Notes: generated by a model not told the origin, from the sequence alone. 62,266 bases of DNA from an uncultured Alphaproteobacteria bacterium (GCA_964010795.1 CAXGMH010000003.1:1-62266); one strand, 5' to 3'. Positions 10,339-20,247 are shown, counted from the stretch's first letter. A program made the numbers and translations.

Positions 10339-10536
10339 ATGAGTTCTAATAAGATTACGGCAAAAACAGATTTTGATAATGCTCGTTCAGGATCGGGGAT
10401 GAGGGCTATATCCCAATTTTTATCTAATTTGACTGTGGGGGTAGTGCCTGCAGAGGTTGTGCAAGGCGCGCTGGGCAGGCTACGAATGTCGGGGACTGCT
10501 AATCCGGCTAGAAAGAATGCTTTTTCTAAGTTTTAG
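10339..10536 (+). CDS. Small hypothetical protein
   Basis: 65-aa ORF after TTGACA (10267) and AAGGTG RBS. Confidence 0.5.
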   Translation: MSSNKITAKTDFDNARSGSGMRAISQFLSNLTVGVVPAEVVQGALGRLRMSGTANPARKNAFSKF

Positions 10537-12740
10537 AGCATTAGCTCTTTAAGCCAGTTTTCATTTAAAGATTTGAGGGTCGCAATGGCAATGCTGTAGC
10601 GGCCTATCTTTATATCCGTGCCACGTGTTTTTCCAAGGATAATGCCTTCGATCTGATCCGGTGTTGTGGTCGTAACGATGTAGCGCGATTGATCTTCTCC
10701 GTAAAGGCGGGCGGCATCAGTTTCGATATCTAAGTCAGCCCCGATATTGCTTGAGATTGCCATTTCCGCAATTGCGACCAAAATACCGCCATCCGAGATA
10801 TCATGGCAAGCTGTGATTTTGCCCTCGTCAATTAAAGAGCGGATATAAAGCCCGGTTTCCTTTTCCGCCTCCAGATCAATATGCGGAGCGGGGCCGATCT
10901 CTGCTCCATGGATTTCACGTAGATATAGGGATTGGCCGAGATGTCCAGCTCCCTCCGGGCCGACCAGCATGATGGTTTCTTCTTCGCCTTGGAAGGCAAG
11001 GGGGCAGGCCTTTGACCAGTCAGCAATCATACCTACTCCGCCGATCACGGGGGTGGGATTGATCGCGCGCCCAGCTGTCTCGTTATAAAGCGAGACATTG
11101 CCCGAGACTACAGGGTAGTCGAGTTCGCGGCAGGCCTGAGCCATTCCTTCGATGCAACCTACAAACTGGCCCATAATTTCAGGCCGTTCGGGTGAGCCAA
11201 AATTGAGGTTGTTGGTCACCGCCAAGGGGGTCGCACCTGTAGCACAAAGATTGCGGTAGCTTTCGGCGACGGCTTGCTTGCCGCCCTCATAAGGGTCGGC
11301 CTTGCAGTATCTGGGCGTGCAATCAGAGCTTGTTGCAAGTGCCTTCTCGGACTCTGGAATGCGAACGATCGCGGCATCTGACTGGCCTGAGGTGAAGACG
11401 GTTTCACCGCGCACCAGTCTGTCATATTGCTCCCAAATCCAGCTTTTATTCGCAAGGTGTGGGCTGGACATGAGAGTTCTGAGCGCCTCAAACGGATCGC
11501 CACTCGGGAGAGGATAATCACTTGGATTGATATTGGATTGTGGCTGTGTCTTTGTGTGCGGGCGGTCATATTTCGGTGCATCATCCACCAAAGGCGGGAC
11601 GGGGATATCGCACCAGCGCTTACCGTACATATCAAGGGTCAGACGTTTACTGTCATTGGTCTGGCCGATGACAGCAAAATCGAGATCCCATTTCTCAAAA
11701 ATGGCACGGGCTGTGTCCTCTGCGCCGGGTTTTAAGATCATGAGCATACGCTCCTGACTTTCGGAGAGCATGATCTCATAGGGAAGCATATGGTTTTCGC
11801 GTTGGGGTACGTGATCGAGGTCAAGCGCAACGCCGATGCCACCCTTATCGGCGATCTCAACAGAAGAAGACGTCAGGCCGGCCGCGCCCATATCCTGAAT
11901 AGCGACAATGGCATCTTCTTGCATCAATTCAAGACAGGCCTCGAGCAGGAGTTTTTCGGTGAAGGGGTCGCCGACTTGAACTGTCGGGCGGTTGTCGGCC
12001 TCTTCCTCGCCGAATTCAGCTGAGGCCATGGTCGCACCATGGATGCCGTCGCGTCCTGTTTTTGAGCCAACATAAACAACGGGTTGTCCGGGCTGCGCGC
12101 CGCGGGAATAAAATATCTTGTCCTGATCGGCAAGGCCGATACACATTGCATTAACGAGAATATTCCCGTTATAGCTCTCATGAAATTCCGTCTCACCTGC
12201 GACAGTCGGCACGCCCATGCAATTGCCGTAATGGGAAATGCCGCTGACCACACCGGAGAGGAGGTGTTTTGTCTTCGGGTGATCGGCTGCGCCAAAGCGC
12301 AGAGCGTTCAAATTGGCAATAGGGCGTGCGCCCATTGTAAAGACATCACGCATAATCCCGCCCACACCTGTGGCCGCACCTTGGAAGGGTTCAATGAAAG
12401 ATGGATGGTTATGGCTTTCCATCTTAAAAATTAGCGCCTGATTGTCGCCGATATCGATAACGCCTGCATTCTCCCCCGGGCCTTGGATCACCCAAGGCGC
12501 TTGTGTAGGCAGTTTAGCCAGATGAATGCGTGAGGATTTATAAGAGCAATGCTCCGACCACATCACAGAAAAAATTCCAAGCTCGGTGTAACTCGGCTGG
12601 CGGCCGAGAATGTCGTGAATGTGGTCGAATTCACTTTGGCTTAAGCCGTATTCCGCAGCCAATTCGGCGGAAATTTCAGGTTCTTTGAGTGTGTTAATAA
12701 AATTTTGTGTATTGTGATCGAGAGCTGCTTTCATGCTCAT
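10533..12740 (-). CDS. purL: FGAM synthase large subunit
   Basis: MWSEHCSYKS, ESHNHPS, GAATGVGG, QDMGAAG, SGNVSLYN, HDISDGG. Confidence 0.97.
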   Translation of the reverse strand: MSMKAALDHNTQNFINTLKEPEISAELAAEYGLSQSEFDHIHDILGRQPSYTELGIFSVMWSEHCSYKSSRIHLAKLPTQAPWVIQGPGENAGVIDIGDNQALIFKMESHNHPSFIEPFQGAATGVGGIMRDVFTMGARPIANLNALRFGAADHPKTKHLLSGVVSGISHYGNCMGVPTVAGETEFHESYNGNILVNAMCIGLADQDKIFYSRGAQPGQPVVYVGSKTGRDGIHGATMASAEFGEEEADNRPTVQVGDPFTEKLLLEACLELMQEDAIVAIQDMGAAGLTSSSVEIADKGGIGVALDLDHVPQRENHMLPYEIMLSESQERMLMILKPGAEDTARAIFEKWDLDFAVIGQTNDSKRLTLDMYGKRWCDIPVPPLVDDAPKYDRPHTKTQPQSNINPSDYPLPSGDPFEALRTLMSSPHLANKSWIWEQYDRLVRGETVFTSGQSDAAIVRIPESEKALATSSDCTPRYCKADPYEGGKQAVAESYRNLCATGATPLAVTNNLNFGSPERPEIMGQFVGCIEGMAQACRELDYPVVSGNVSLYNETAGRAINPTPVIGGVGMIADWSKACPLAFQGEEETIMLVGPEGAGHLGQSLYLREIHGAEIGPAPHIDLEAEKETGLYIRSLIDEGKITACHDISDGGILVAIAEMAISSNIGADLDIETDAARLYGEDQSRYIVTTTTPDQIEGIILGKTRGTDIKIGRYSIAIATLKSLNENWLKELML

Positions 12741-12871
12741 TGTTTTAAAGAAAATATGAATGTAGCACAAGCGCAAACACGTCATGAGGTGGGAGAAGAC
12801 CATCTAGAAGATTATTTTATTGACATAATAAATTTAACTGTGATAGGGTGGACAAAATTAAGGAGAAAAAG

Positions 12872-13156
12872 ATGTCAAAGAATACAATAAATGATGCTTA
12901 TGAAGATGATGATGCAAAATGTTTAAGACGTGCTTTTAATATTACTGGCTTGGGGATGATAGCTGCAGGTGTCAGTATAGCAGTATTTACGACTGGCACT
13001 CCACTCTTGGCAGTGGGTGTTATGTGTGCGGCAGGTGGTATTGCGTTTATGGGCATAGCAAAAATTTTCGAAGCAATAGACAAGGGAAACTTGCAGGCTG
13101 GTCCGGACCTTGAAGAACTGGCTAAAAAAGGATACACGTCAACCTTCAGTTTATAA
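12872..13156 (+). CDS. Small two-TM membrane protein
   Basis: AAGGAG RBS, TTGACA at 12820, Gly/Ala-rich hydrophobic hairpin. Confidence 0.6.
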   Translation: MSKNTINDAYEDDDAKCLRRAFNITGLGMIAAGVSIAVFTTGTPLLAVGVMCAAGGIAFMGIAKIFEAIDKGNLQAGPDLEELAKKGYTSTFSL

Positions 13157-13157
13157 G

Positions 13158-13361
13158 CTATTGGCAAAATCCGACGGGCAGGCCGTCGACCTCGGCGGTC
13201 AGGCAAAAGCTTGGGCCTGTGCCGTCAAAAACAGTTTTCTGGATATCGGCCTCAGTTGCTGTCACCTCATCAAGAAGTTTTTCGTATTCAGCCAGTTCGC
13301 GAATAAAATTCAGGATTGTCTGGCTATCGTCTTTGGTGGCTACTCTGTAATTGATCTCCAT
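13158..13361 (-). pseudogene. Truncated GNAT acetyltransferase (spermidine/diamine acetyltransferase-like)
   Basis: IRELAEYEK...AEVDGLPVGF then a stop at 67 aa; acetyl-CoA motif A absent. Confidence 0.7.
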
Positions 13362-14026
13362 TATGCCAGTGTTTTAAAGATCGCCTCAAATAGCTTGCGG
13401 CCGCCTTGCCCTTGATGCGAGCCGACGAGCGCGTTTTCAGGATGAGGCATCATGCCGAGGATTGTTTTACCCTTATTGGTGATGCCGGCGATATCGGCGA
13501 CAGAGCCATTAGGGTTGTCTTTATAGCGGAAAGCGATCTGGTCATTATCCTCAAGACTTTTCAAGCCGTTTTCATCATTGAAATAACAGCCCTCGCCATG
13601 AGCAACGGGAATAGCCGGCAAGATTTCGCCTTTGTCAAACGTCGACAAAAAGCGGTTATCATTGCTGCTTACTTCGAGGTCGACGTGCTTACATACAAAC
13701 TTCAAGGAGCGGTTGCGCATTAAGGCGCCCGGTAGCAAGCCTGTTTCCATGAGCATTTGAAAGCCATTGCAAACTCCGAAAACAGGTGTGCCGCCTTCGG
13801 CTTTTTTAATGACTTCGCGCATGATTGGCGAATGTGCCGCCATAGCGCCACAGCGCAGATAGTCGCCATAGCTGAACCCTCCGGGCAAGATGATAAGATC
13901 AGGATTGCCAAGGTTGGTTTCTTTGTGCCAGACCATTTTTGCGGCTTTGCCCGAAATGTGTTTGACGGCATCGGCCATGTCTTTTTCGCGATTGGTGCCG
14001 GGGAAATGTATAATTGTGATATCCAT
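13361..14026 (-). CDS. purQ: FGAM synthase glutaminase subunit
   Basis: FPGTN, PGGFSYGDYLR, GVCNGFQ, MMPHPE. Confidence 0.97.
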   Translation of the reverse strand: MDITIIHFPGTNREKDMADAVKHISGKAAKMVWHKETNLGNPDLIILPGGFSYGDYLRCGAMAAHSPIMREVIKKAEGGTPVFGVCNGFQMLMETGLLPGALMRNRSLKFVCKHVDLEVSSNDNRFLSTFDKGEILPAIPVAHGEGCYFNDENGLKSLEDNDQIAFRYKDNPNGSVADIAGITNKGKTILGMMPHPENALVGSHQGQGGRKLFEAIFKTLA

Positions 14027-14109
14027 AGCTCTTTTATAGCCTGCTCTGATATGTAGGTCACGCCTAAAATTCATTGCCACCACGTCTTTCCGTTGATATA
14101 AAATGAGAT

Positions 14110-14967
14110 ATGAACAAATCCAGACGCACCAAATTATACGAAGGTAAGGCTAAAATCATTTATGAAGGGCCGGAGCCGGGAACAGTTATTCAATATTTCA
14201 AGGATGATGCGACCGCATTTAATGCGAAGAAGCATGACGTGATAGCTGGAAAAGGTGTACTCAATAACCGCATTTCTGCGCATCTGATGACAAAGCTCGA
14301 GGGTGTCGGTATTCCGACGCATTTCTTAAAATCGCTTAATATGCGTGAACAGCTTATCCGCCAATGCGAGATCATTCCAATTGAGGTCGTTGTGCGCACA
14401 CTGGCCGCAGGATCGCTGTCCAAGCGTTTGGGGTTGGCTGAAGGCACGGTTCTTCCGCGTCCGATTATCGAGTTTTATTACAAAGACGATAAGCTCGGTG
14501 ACCCAATGGTCAATGAGGATCACATCACGGCCTTTGGCTGGGCGGATCCGTTTGAGCTGGAGGAAATGATTGCGATGGCCTATCGCGCCAATGATTACCT
14601 TTCCGGTCTGTTTACAGGAATCGGCCTGACGCTTGTTGATTTTAAGCTCGAATTCGGTCGTATTTTCGGTGAGCATGGAGAGCTCTATCTGGTTCTTGCC
14701 GATGAGGTTTCTCCTGATAATTGCCGCCTTTGGGACTCCAATACAGGTGAGAAGATGGACAAGGATCGTTTCCGTCAGGATTTGGGTGGCTTGCTCGAGT
14801 CTTATCAAGAGGTTGCTACCCGCCTTGGTATTGTCCCTCGCGAAGGTATTGTCCAAGAGGGCGGTTTCAACGAAAAACTCGCCGAGTCTCTGGATGAGAT
14901 TGAAAACGAGCTTGCCAAACGCCGCAAGTTGCGCGCTCTTCAAAAAACCAAGCCGAGCAAGCTATAA
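14110..14967 (+). CDS. purC: SAICAR synthase
   Basis: [37 protein letters not shown]. Confidence 0.97.
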   Translation: MNKSRRTKLYEGKAKIIYEGPEPGTVIQYFKDDATAFNAKKHDVIAGKGVLNNRISAHLMTKLEGVGIPTHFLKSLNMREQLIRQCEIIPIEVVVRTLAAGSLSKRLGLAEGTVLPRPIIEFYYKDDKLGDPMVNEDHITAFGWADPFELEEMIAMAYRANDYLSGLFTGIGLTLVDFKLEFGRIFGEHGELYLVLADEVSPDNCRLWDSNTGEKMDKDRFRQDLGGLLESYQEVATRLGIVPREGIVQEGGFNEKLAESLDEIENELAKRRKLRALQKTKPSKL

Positions 14968-15003
14968 AATCTTTCCTATCAACGTCAAAACAGAAATTGA
15001 ATC

Positions 15004-15237
15004 ATGAAAGCAATTGTGACTATCAGACTGAAGAACGGAGTTCTTGATCCACAAGGCAAGGCCATTTCCCATGCGTTGGGCGATCTTGGCTTTGAAGGCG
15101 TGCATGGCGCCAGACAGGGTAAAATAATCGAGCTTGATTTGGCTGATGGCGTGTCAGAGGCAGATATCAAACAAATGTGCGAGAAGCTTCTGGCTAACCC
15201 TGTGATCGAGGATTACGAGATACAATGTTTGGCTTAA
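15004..15237 (+). CDS. purS: FGAM synthase subunit
   Basis: GVLDPQG, RQGK, LLANPVIE. Confidence 0.95.
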   Translation: MKAIVTIRLKNGVLDPQGKAISHALGDLGFEGVHGARQGKIIELDLADGVSEADIKQMCEKLLANPVIEDYEIQCLA

Positions 15238-16286
15238 ACCTTTTTAAACGAGGCTCTAATAAGTGGGAAGAGCGCGCGCAAAAAGTTCATGAAAACGGCA
15301 AACGTCTCGCCGGTTTTTATCATGAGAACTATCTGTACAGGTCCAAAGATAACGAGAAATTTCTCTTTCGTTTTCCGATAAAGGGCGCGCCTAATATGGA
15401 TCCGCATTTATTTAAAGAGGCGGATGTTTTACCTTTTGTAGAAAAGCACGGCTTGTCTGCGCCAAAGCTGTTATATCGGGCAAAGGACGATAGCTTTATC
15501 GTGGAAGAGTTTGTCGAGGGAATTTTGGTGGAAACCTCACATCCGGTGGGGCAAGATATGCCTGCCCATGTCTTGGATCAGATTGTCGAATTTTATGCTC
15601 AGACAGCGACGATGACGGACTTTCAGGAGCTGTTTGATAAAAGGCTTGTCAAGGACTGGCCCTCATCCGGTCCTATGGGTGATTTCTTTAAGGCAATTTC
15701 CGATGTATCTCGGGGTGTTTATCAGCAAAATAAAATGCTGAGGGGCAAAGAGCTTGATTATATCGGCATTCCTGAGACGCCGTATCTTCAGATGCAAGAG
15801 ATGGCAAGCTCTCTTTCCAATCGTCCTTGGGTGTTTATTCATTCGGATATGCACCGCGCCAATATGATCGTTGATGGGGATGCTAGGCTTCGTCCGATTG
15901 ACTGGGAGCAGGCTTTGGTCGGAGATTTGGTGTATTGTTTCGCAGTGCATTTGCATATTTCCAGGCATGACGAGCAAATCAAAGCCGATCTGATTAGGCG
16001 TGTTAAAAAAGCGTTACCGAAAAAGTTTCTCGTTGGTTTTGATAAAGACCTTGAGTTCTACCTGACTTATGAAGCTTTGAAATCAATCATCACCGACACA
16101 GTGCGTTTCCCGCAGGCTCTGCGTGAAGAGATGTTCTCGCCCAAGAAAGAGGCTGAGCTTTGTTTATATTATAGTGATAACCTTAAAAAGATTGCGCCAT
16201 TATTCGGCAACAAAACTCCTGATGCCGGAGAAGTTCTCAGGCTTTTCCAGCAATGGGGGGGAAACGCTTTGATTTTATTTGCATAA
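15225..16286 (+). CDS. APH/choline-kinase-fold phosphotransferase
   Basis: HSDMHRAN catalytic loop and IDWE motif. Confidence 0.75.
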   Translation: MFGLNLFKRGSNKWEERAQKVHENGKRLAGFYHENYLYRSKDNEKFLFRFPIKGAPNMDPHLFKEADVLPFVEKHGLSAPKLLYRAKDDSFIVEEFVEGILVETSHPVGQDMPAHVLDQIVEFYAQTATMTDFQELFDKRLVKDWPSSGPMGDFFKAISDVSRGVYQQNKMLRGKELDYIGIPETPYLQMQEMASSLSNRPWVFIHSDMHRANMIVDGDARLRPIDWEQALVGDLVYCFAVHLHISRHDEQIKADLIRRVKKALPKKFLVGFDKDLEFYLTYEALKSIITDTVRFPQALREEMFSPKKEAELCLYYSDNLKKIAPLFGNKTPDAGEVLRLFQQWGGNALILFA

Positions 16287-16330
16287 CGCTATCTTTTCGT
16301 GTTTTATACCCAACAAAGAAGAGGTGATTT

Positions 16331-16558
16331 ATGTTCGAAGAATTTAACGGCTGGATGGATATTAAGCGTAAAGGGAAGTCAAAAGGGAAGCAGATTTTAG
16401 TGGCAGAATTTACCTTAAGTTCGGGAGAGATCAAGCGTTATGGCTCCAATGCGTTGGATAACCTTCTTAAATGCCCACCTCAAAATTTCACTAATGCAGA
16501 CCGCGAATTGGTTGATTTTGCCCAAAGGAGCAAAACCGGAGTGACTCTTAGTCGGTAA
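16331..16558 (+). CDS. Small hypothetical protein
   Basis: GAGGTG RBS directly upstream of a 75-aa ORF. Confidence 0.55.
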   Translation: MFEEFNGWMDIKRKGKSKGKQILVAEFTLSSGEIKRYGSNALDNLLKCPPQNFTNADRELVDFAQRSKTGVTLSR

Positions 16559-17330
16559 ATTGTTCTTTTAAGATGCGCTCTTCCAGAGAATGTCCCGGAT
16601 CAAATAAGAGGGCGCGTTCTTTGGATTTATTCAACGATATTTCAACGCTTTTGACATCTCGTATTTCTGTGTAATCCGCTACAGCCGAAACAGGTCGCTT
16701 TTCCGCTTCGAGGATGTCAAAACGAATATGCGCATCAGAGGGTAGGAGGGCGCCGCGCCAACGTCTCGGGCGAAACGCGCTGATCGGGGTGAGCGCCAGA
16801 ACATCAGATCGTAAAGGAATAATCGGACCGTGTGCTGAGAGGTTATAGGCTGTTGATCCGGCAGGGGTGGAGACTAGAGCTCCGTCACAGATCAATTCTT
16901 CCATTCGCACAACGTTATCGACAGCAATCTGAAGCTTTGCGGCTTGTCGTGATTCCCGCAGCATAGAAACTTCGTTATAAGCGCGAGCTGTATGTTTTTC
17001 GCCCATCGTGGTCTCAACAACCATTTCCAGTGGGAAAAGAGAGACCTTGCGTGCTTTGTCCAGTCGTTCGGGCAGGTCATGCCCATCACGAGGATTAAGA
17101 AGAAATCCGACAGAGCCATAGTTGACACCATAAAAGGGGATGTCTAGAGCTTCGTATTTATGCAAGGATTCAAGCAGGAATCCATCTCCGCCCATCACAA
17201 TGACGGCATCAGCGTCCTCAGGCTTGTGCTCACCGAAACGATTTTTGAGCGCAATCACATCATGGAATGCTTGCTCATCATCTGCGGCAAGGAAGCTCAG
17301 TTTTTCGAAGTTGTGTGAAGATTGTCCCAT
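16548..17330 (-). CDS. nadK: NAD kinase
   Basis: GGDG, G-GFL, NE, DGxxxSTPAGSTAYNLSAHGP. Confidence 0.95.
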   Translation of the reverse strand: MGQSSHNFEKLSFLAADDEQAFHDVIALKNRFGEHKPEDADAVIVMGGDGFLLESLHKYEALDIPFYGVNYGSVGFLLNPRDGHDLPERLDKARKVSLFPLEMVVETTMGEKHTARAYNEVSMLRESRQAAKLQIAVDNVVRMEELICDGALVSTPAGSTAYNLSAHGPIIPLRSDVLALTPISAFRPRRWRGALLPSDAHIRFDILEAEKRPVSAVADYTEIRDVKSVEISLNKSKERALLFDPGHSLEERILKEQFTD

Positions 17331-17337
17331 AAAAATG

Positions 17338-18042
17338 TTACGAGGCTGATTGTTCTTCGGATTTACCGCCATGGTCGATCGACCACTGAACCGGATTTTT
17401 CAAAAAGCTCTCGACGGCCTCCAATGTTTGCGGCTCGAAATAGGATAGAGATGAGGCAACATCCAGAACGTTCCACCATGTCGTCAAAGCGTGAAGCTTT
17501 ACCCCCATCTCGGCCATGTTCTTCTCGCTTTGTTCGAAAATACCGTAATGAAATAAGACAAAAGAATGTTCTACTATTGCGCCCGCTTTGCGCATGGCAT
17601 CAATAAATACTTTTTTTGATCCGCCATCGGTCTGAAGGTCTTCGATCAGGACAACATTTTGGCCTTCCTCGAAATGTCCTTCGATCTGTGCCATGCGGCC
17701 AAAGCCTTTTGGCTTCTTACGCACGTAAAGCATAGGGAGGTCAAGGCGGTCTGATAGAAGTGCCGCGTAGGGAATACCGGCAGTTTCACCGCCTGCAAGT
17801 GCGTCCATCGTCTCATATCCAATATTGCGGCAAAGGGTTGCTGCGGCGAAATCCATGAGTGCGGCTCTGGCGCGCGGGAAGGAAATAAGACGGCGGCAGT
17901 CAATATACACAGGGCCGACGCGACCTGATGTATATGTGAACGGTTCTTCTGCGTTAAAGAGGATGGATTTTGTTTCTAGTAAAATCTTGGCTGTCTCAAC
18001 GGAAATTGCGCCCTGATCGAGAAATGAGGTTTGTAAGGCCAT
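17338..18042 (-). CDS. pyrE: Orotate phosphoribosyltransferase
   Basis: SGRVGPVYIDCR, YVRKKPKGFG, VLIEDLQTDGGS. Confidence 0.92.
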   Translation of the reverse strand: MALQTSFLDQGAISVETAKILLETKSILFNAEEPFTYTSGRVGPVYIDCRRLISFPRARAALMDFAAATLCRNIGYETMDALAGGETAGIPYAALLSDRLDLPMLYVRKKPKGFGRMAQIEGHFEEGQNVVLIEDLQTDGGSKKVFIDAMRKAGAIVEHSFVLFHYGIFEQSEKNMAEMGVKLHALTTWWNVLDVASSLSYFEPQTLEAVESFLKNPVQWSIDHGGKSEEQSAS

Positions 18043-18123
18043 GTAAGAACTCTCCTATGGGATCTGGTTTACCCTTTATCGAAAAACCCATTGCATGAGT
18101 CAAGGGATAAAGGGGGAAGGCAG

Positions 18124-18798
18124 TTATTGTGTGACCCAGACAATGCGGGCAATAAGGCAATCGGGTCCGGGGTGAAGTAATTCCTGTTTATCAGTCTCAT
18201 GCGGAAGGCAAGATGTAACGAGTACGTGTTGTCCGTCACGCCTTATAACCTGACGAATAGAGCTTGCGCGTCCTTCTCTCGTGGGGCGGTTGACAATGAT
18301 ACGGTCGCCGGGCTGATAGGTTGCTTTGGGCGAAATGATGAGGCGGTCGCCGCTGCGATAGATTGGCTCCAGAACATCGGAGTCCATTTCAATCGCAAAC
18401 AAATGCGGGTCGCCAATGTCGCGTGCTGAATGGAAGACCATCCGCGTCCAATTTTGATCTGGCTGGGGGCGGCCGTTATCTTTGAACCAGTTCGGTTCGA
18501 TTCTCTTGCGGATTAAGCTGAGGCTGATTACGGGGATATCGGTTCTGGCCTGCGTGGCCTCGACGTCCTCTTCGTTATTGAGAGAGAGTAAATCAACCAG
18601 CGTCATGTTTGTGACAGCAAGAATTTTGGCGATACTTTCGGTTGAGGGCCAGCGCGGTTTGCCATCAGGGCTTAAACGTTTGCTTTTGTTAAAAGCGGTG
18701 GGGTCGAGGCCGGCTTGTTTAGCAAGGCCGGATGTTGAATACCCGCATTTACGTGCGAGCGAGTCTATGGCTGTCCATATTTCCTCATGTGTGAACAT
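18124..18798 (-). CDS. HTH + degenerate S24-peptidase repressor (alphaproteobacterial COG2932 type, possibly RogA-like)
   Basis: THEEIWTAIDSLA...SGLAKQAGLDPTAFNKSKR...RWPSTESIAKIL; C-terminal YRSGDRLII...IARIVW; start 18798 or 18810. Confidence 0.8.
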   Translation of the reverse strand: MFTHEEIWTAIDSLARKCGYSTSGLAKQAGLDPTAFNKSKRLSPDGKPRWPSTESIAKILAVTNMTLVDLLSLNNEEDVEATQARTDIPVISLSLIRKRIEPNWFKDNGRPQPDQNWTRMVFHSARDIGDPHLFAIEMDSDVLEPIYRSGDRLIISPKATYQPGDRIIVNRPTREGRASSIRQVIRRDGQHVLVTSCLPHETDKQELLHPGPDCLIARIVWVTQ

Positions 18799-18828
18799 TA
18801 AACTGCTCATCCTTCCCGTTTTTTGTTC

Positions 18829-18969
18829 TGAGATTATATTCCCACGATTCATCTGAAACTGCAAATAAAAGGGTTACAGAGGGATCAACTAATAAATAGG
18901 AATATAGTCTTAAAAAAGGGCTTGACAATGAGAACAAAATAGAACATTATGTAGAACATAAACAGAACA
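18829..18969. promoter_or_regulatory. Divergent control region: two palindromic operators, sigma70 promoter, LexA-type box
   Basis: TGAGATTATATTCCCA 18829-18844; TAGGAATATAGTCTTA 18897-18912; TTGACA 18922-18927 with CATTAT 18945-18950; four AGAACA units including GAAC-N7-GAAC at 18954-18968. Confidence 0.65.
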
Positions 18970-19010
18970 AAACCGTTTAAACCATAATTAAAGACATGAA
19001 AGGACGCGCA

Positions 19011-19520
19011 ATGTCAGAGCGGCATCACGGCCCCTATGAAGACGACCATATCGGCGAAGCTTTTGAAACTGTTGAGGCTTTGTGGTTTTGGTTTATGGCT
19101 GCCAATGAGGCGATGCGTTCCGGGGCACGATATTCTGCTGGCCGCGGAGATAAAGTGCGTCCATGTGAGCCGGTTGACGTGATCCGCATAGTGGAGCGTC
19201 TTTATCGGTCCCGTATGCTTAAGATCGACCATTTGCGTGTGATGAGGCATTACGGATTACGCAAAAGCGCACCGGATCCGTATGTCGCTCGTGAGGCAAG
19301 AGCCGCAAAAATCTGGGATGAGGCAATGGATAAGCTTTACCCCGTATTGCTCCGTAAAAAATTGGTGGAGCCGCGCCCGTCAACACTTGCAGAATGGCCT
19401 CAGGCACTCAAAGAACAGGCGCTGGCTCGGGCAGAGGAAATCGGGCGCTGGGCAAAGTCGGGCACACAAAGCAATCAAGATAATTTTTCGCTAAAATCAA
19501 TTGAAGGAGGATTAGCATGA
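19011..19520 (+). CDS. Hypothetical protein, first gene of the phage-like operon
   Basis: AAAGGA RBS; WFWF and RPCEP motifs; helical C-terminus. Confidence 0.75.
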   Translation: MSERHHGPYEDDHIGEAFETVEALWFWFMAANEAMRSGARYSAGRGDKVRPCEPVDVIRIVERLYRSRMLKIDHLRVMRHYGLRKSAPDPYVAREARAAKIWDEAMDKLYPVLLRKKLVEPRPSTLAEWPQALKEQALARAEEIGRWAKSGTQSNQDNFSLKSIEGGLA

Positions 19521-20041
19521 CACAGGAAAATGTGAACCAAAATAATACAGAGTTAAAAGCATGGGTTGTTTTTCGTGACAAAACCGAACTTGGCATTTTA
19601 AAGCCGCTCAAACGAGGTTTTCGCCACTGCTTTGTGATTTTAAATGATGGCAAGCGCTGGATTTCGGTGGACCCGCTGTCCAATCATATGGATGTGCTTG
19701 TTCATGACCTTGATCCTGATTTTGATTTGCCGGGCTGGATGGCTGAGCGTGATTGCACGGTATTAGCCGCGCCGATCGCACGTGATAAAATGTGTATGGC
19801 ACCGATCTTGCCGTTCAGCTGTGTCGAGGCCGTTAAACGGGTTTTGGGTATTCATGCATGGCATATCCTGACCCCTTATCAACTCTATTCTTACCTGCAG
19901 CGGCGCCAGTTTGTATTCGCTGCACCTTCAACTACACAAAAATTAAAGGAGATATTTTATGGGTGGCGTTATATCCGCAGCATCAAAAATTCCGTCCGTC
20001 AGGACAGCGCAAACGCATATCAACACGGCGCGTATAGCTGA
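19517..20041 (+). CDS. Phage-associated hypothetical protein with His/Cys motifs
   Basis: GGAGG RBS, overlaps upstream stop; FRHCFV, SCVEAVKRVLGI, TPYQLY. Confidence 0.75.
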   Translation: MTQENVNQNNTELKAWVVFRDKTELGILKPLKRGFRHCFVILNDGKRWISVDPLSNHMDVLVHDLDPDFDLPGWMAERDCTVLAAPIARDKMCMAPILPFSCVEAVKRVLGIHAWHILTPYQLYSYLQRRQFVFAAPSTTQKLKEIFYGWRYIRSIKNSVRQDSANAYQHGAYS

Positions 20042-20243
20042 TCCGGCAACTACATCAGCTGAAACACAAGACGAAGATAATGAAGTGGTGGGTCAGGGCA
20101 ATAACGCACAGGACAATGATGAGCGCAATCTTTTGACATTCACGCCAAGGCGCGGGCGCAGCTCTACTATTCGTACGTCTTTGCGCGGATTACTTGAACG
20201 CTCAGACGCCATACCACAAAGAAAATCTCTTTTAGGAGAATAA
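19959..20243 (+). CDS. Small pre-portal virion protein
   Basis: AAGGAG RBS; MGG start and RKSLLG end resemble small genes preceding podoviral portals. Confidence 0.65.
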   Translation: MGGVISAASKIPSVRTAQTHINTARIADPATTSAETQDEDNEVVGQGNNAQDNDERNLLTFTPRRGRSSTIRTSLRGLLERSDAIPQRKSLLGE

Positions 20244-20247
20244 TTCC

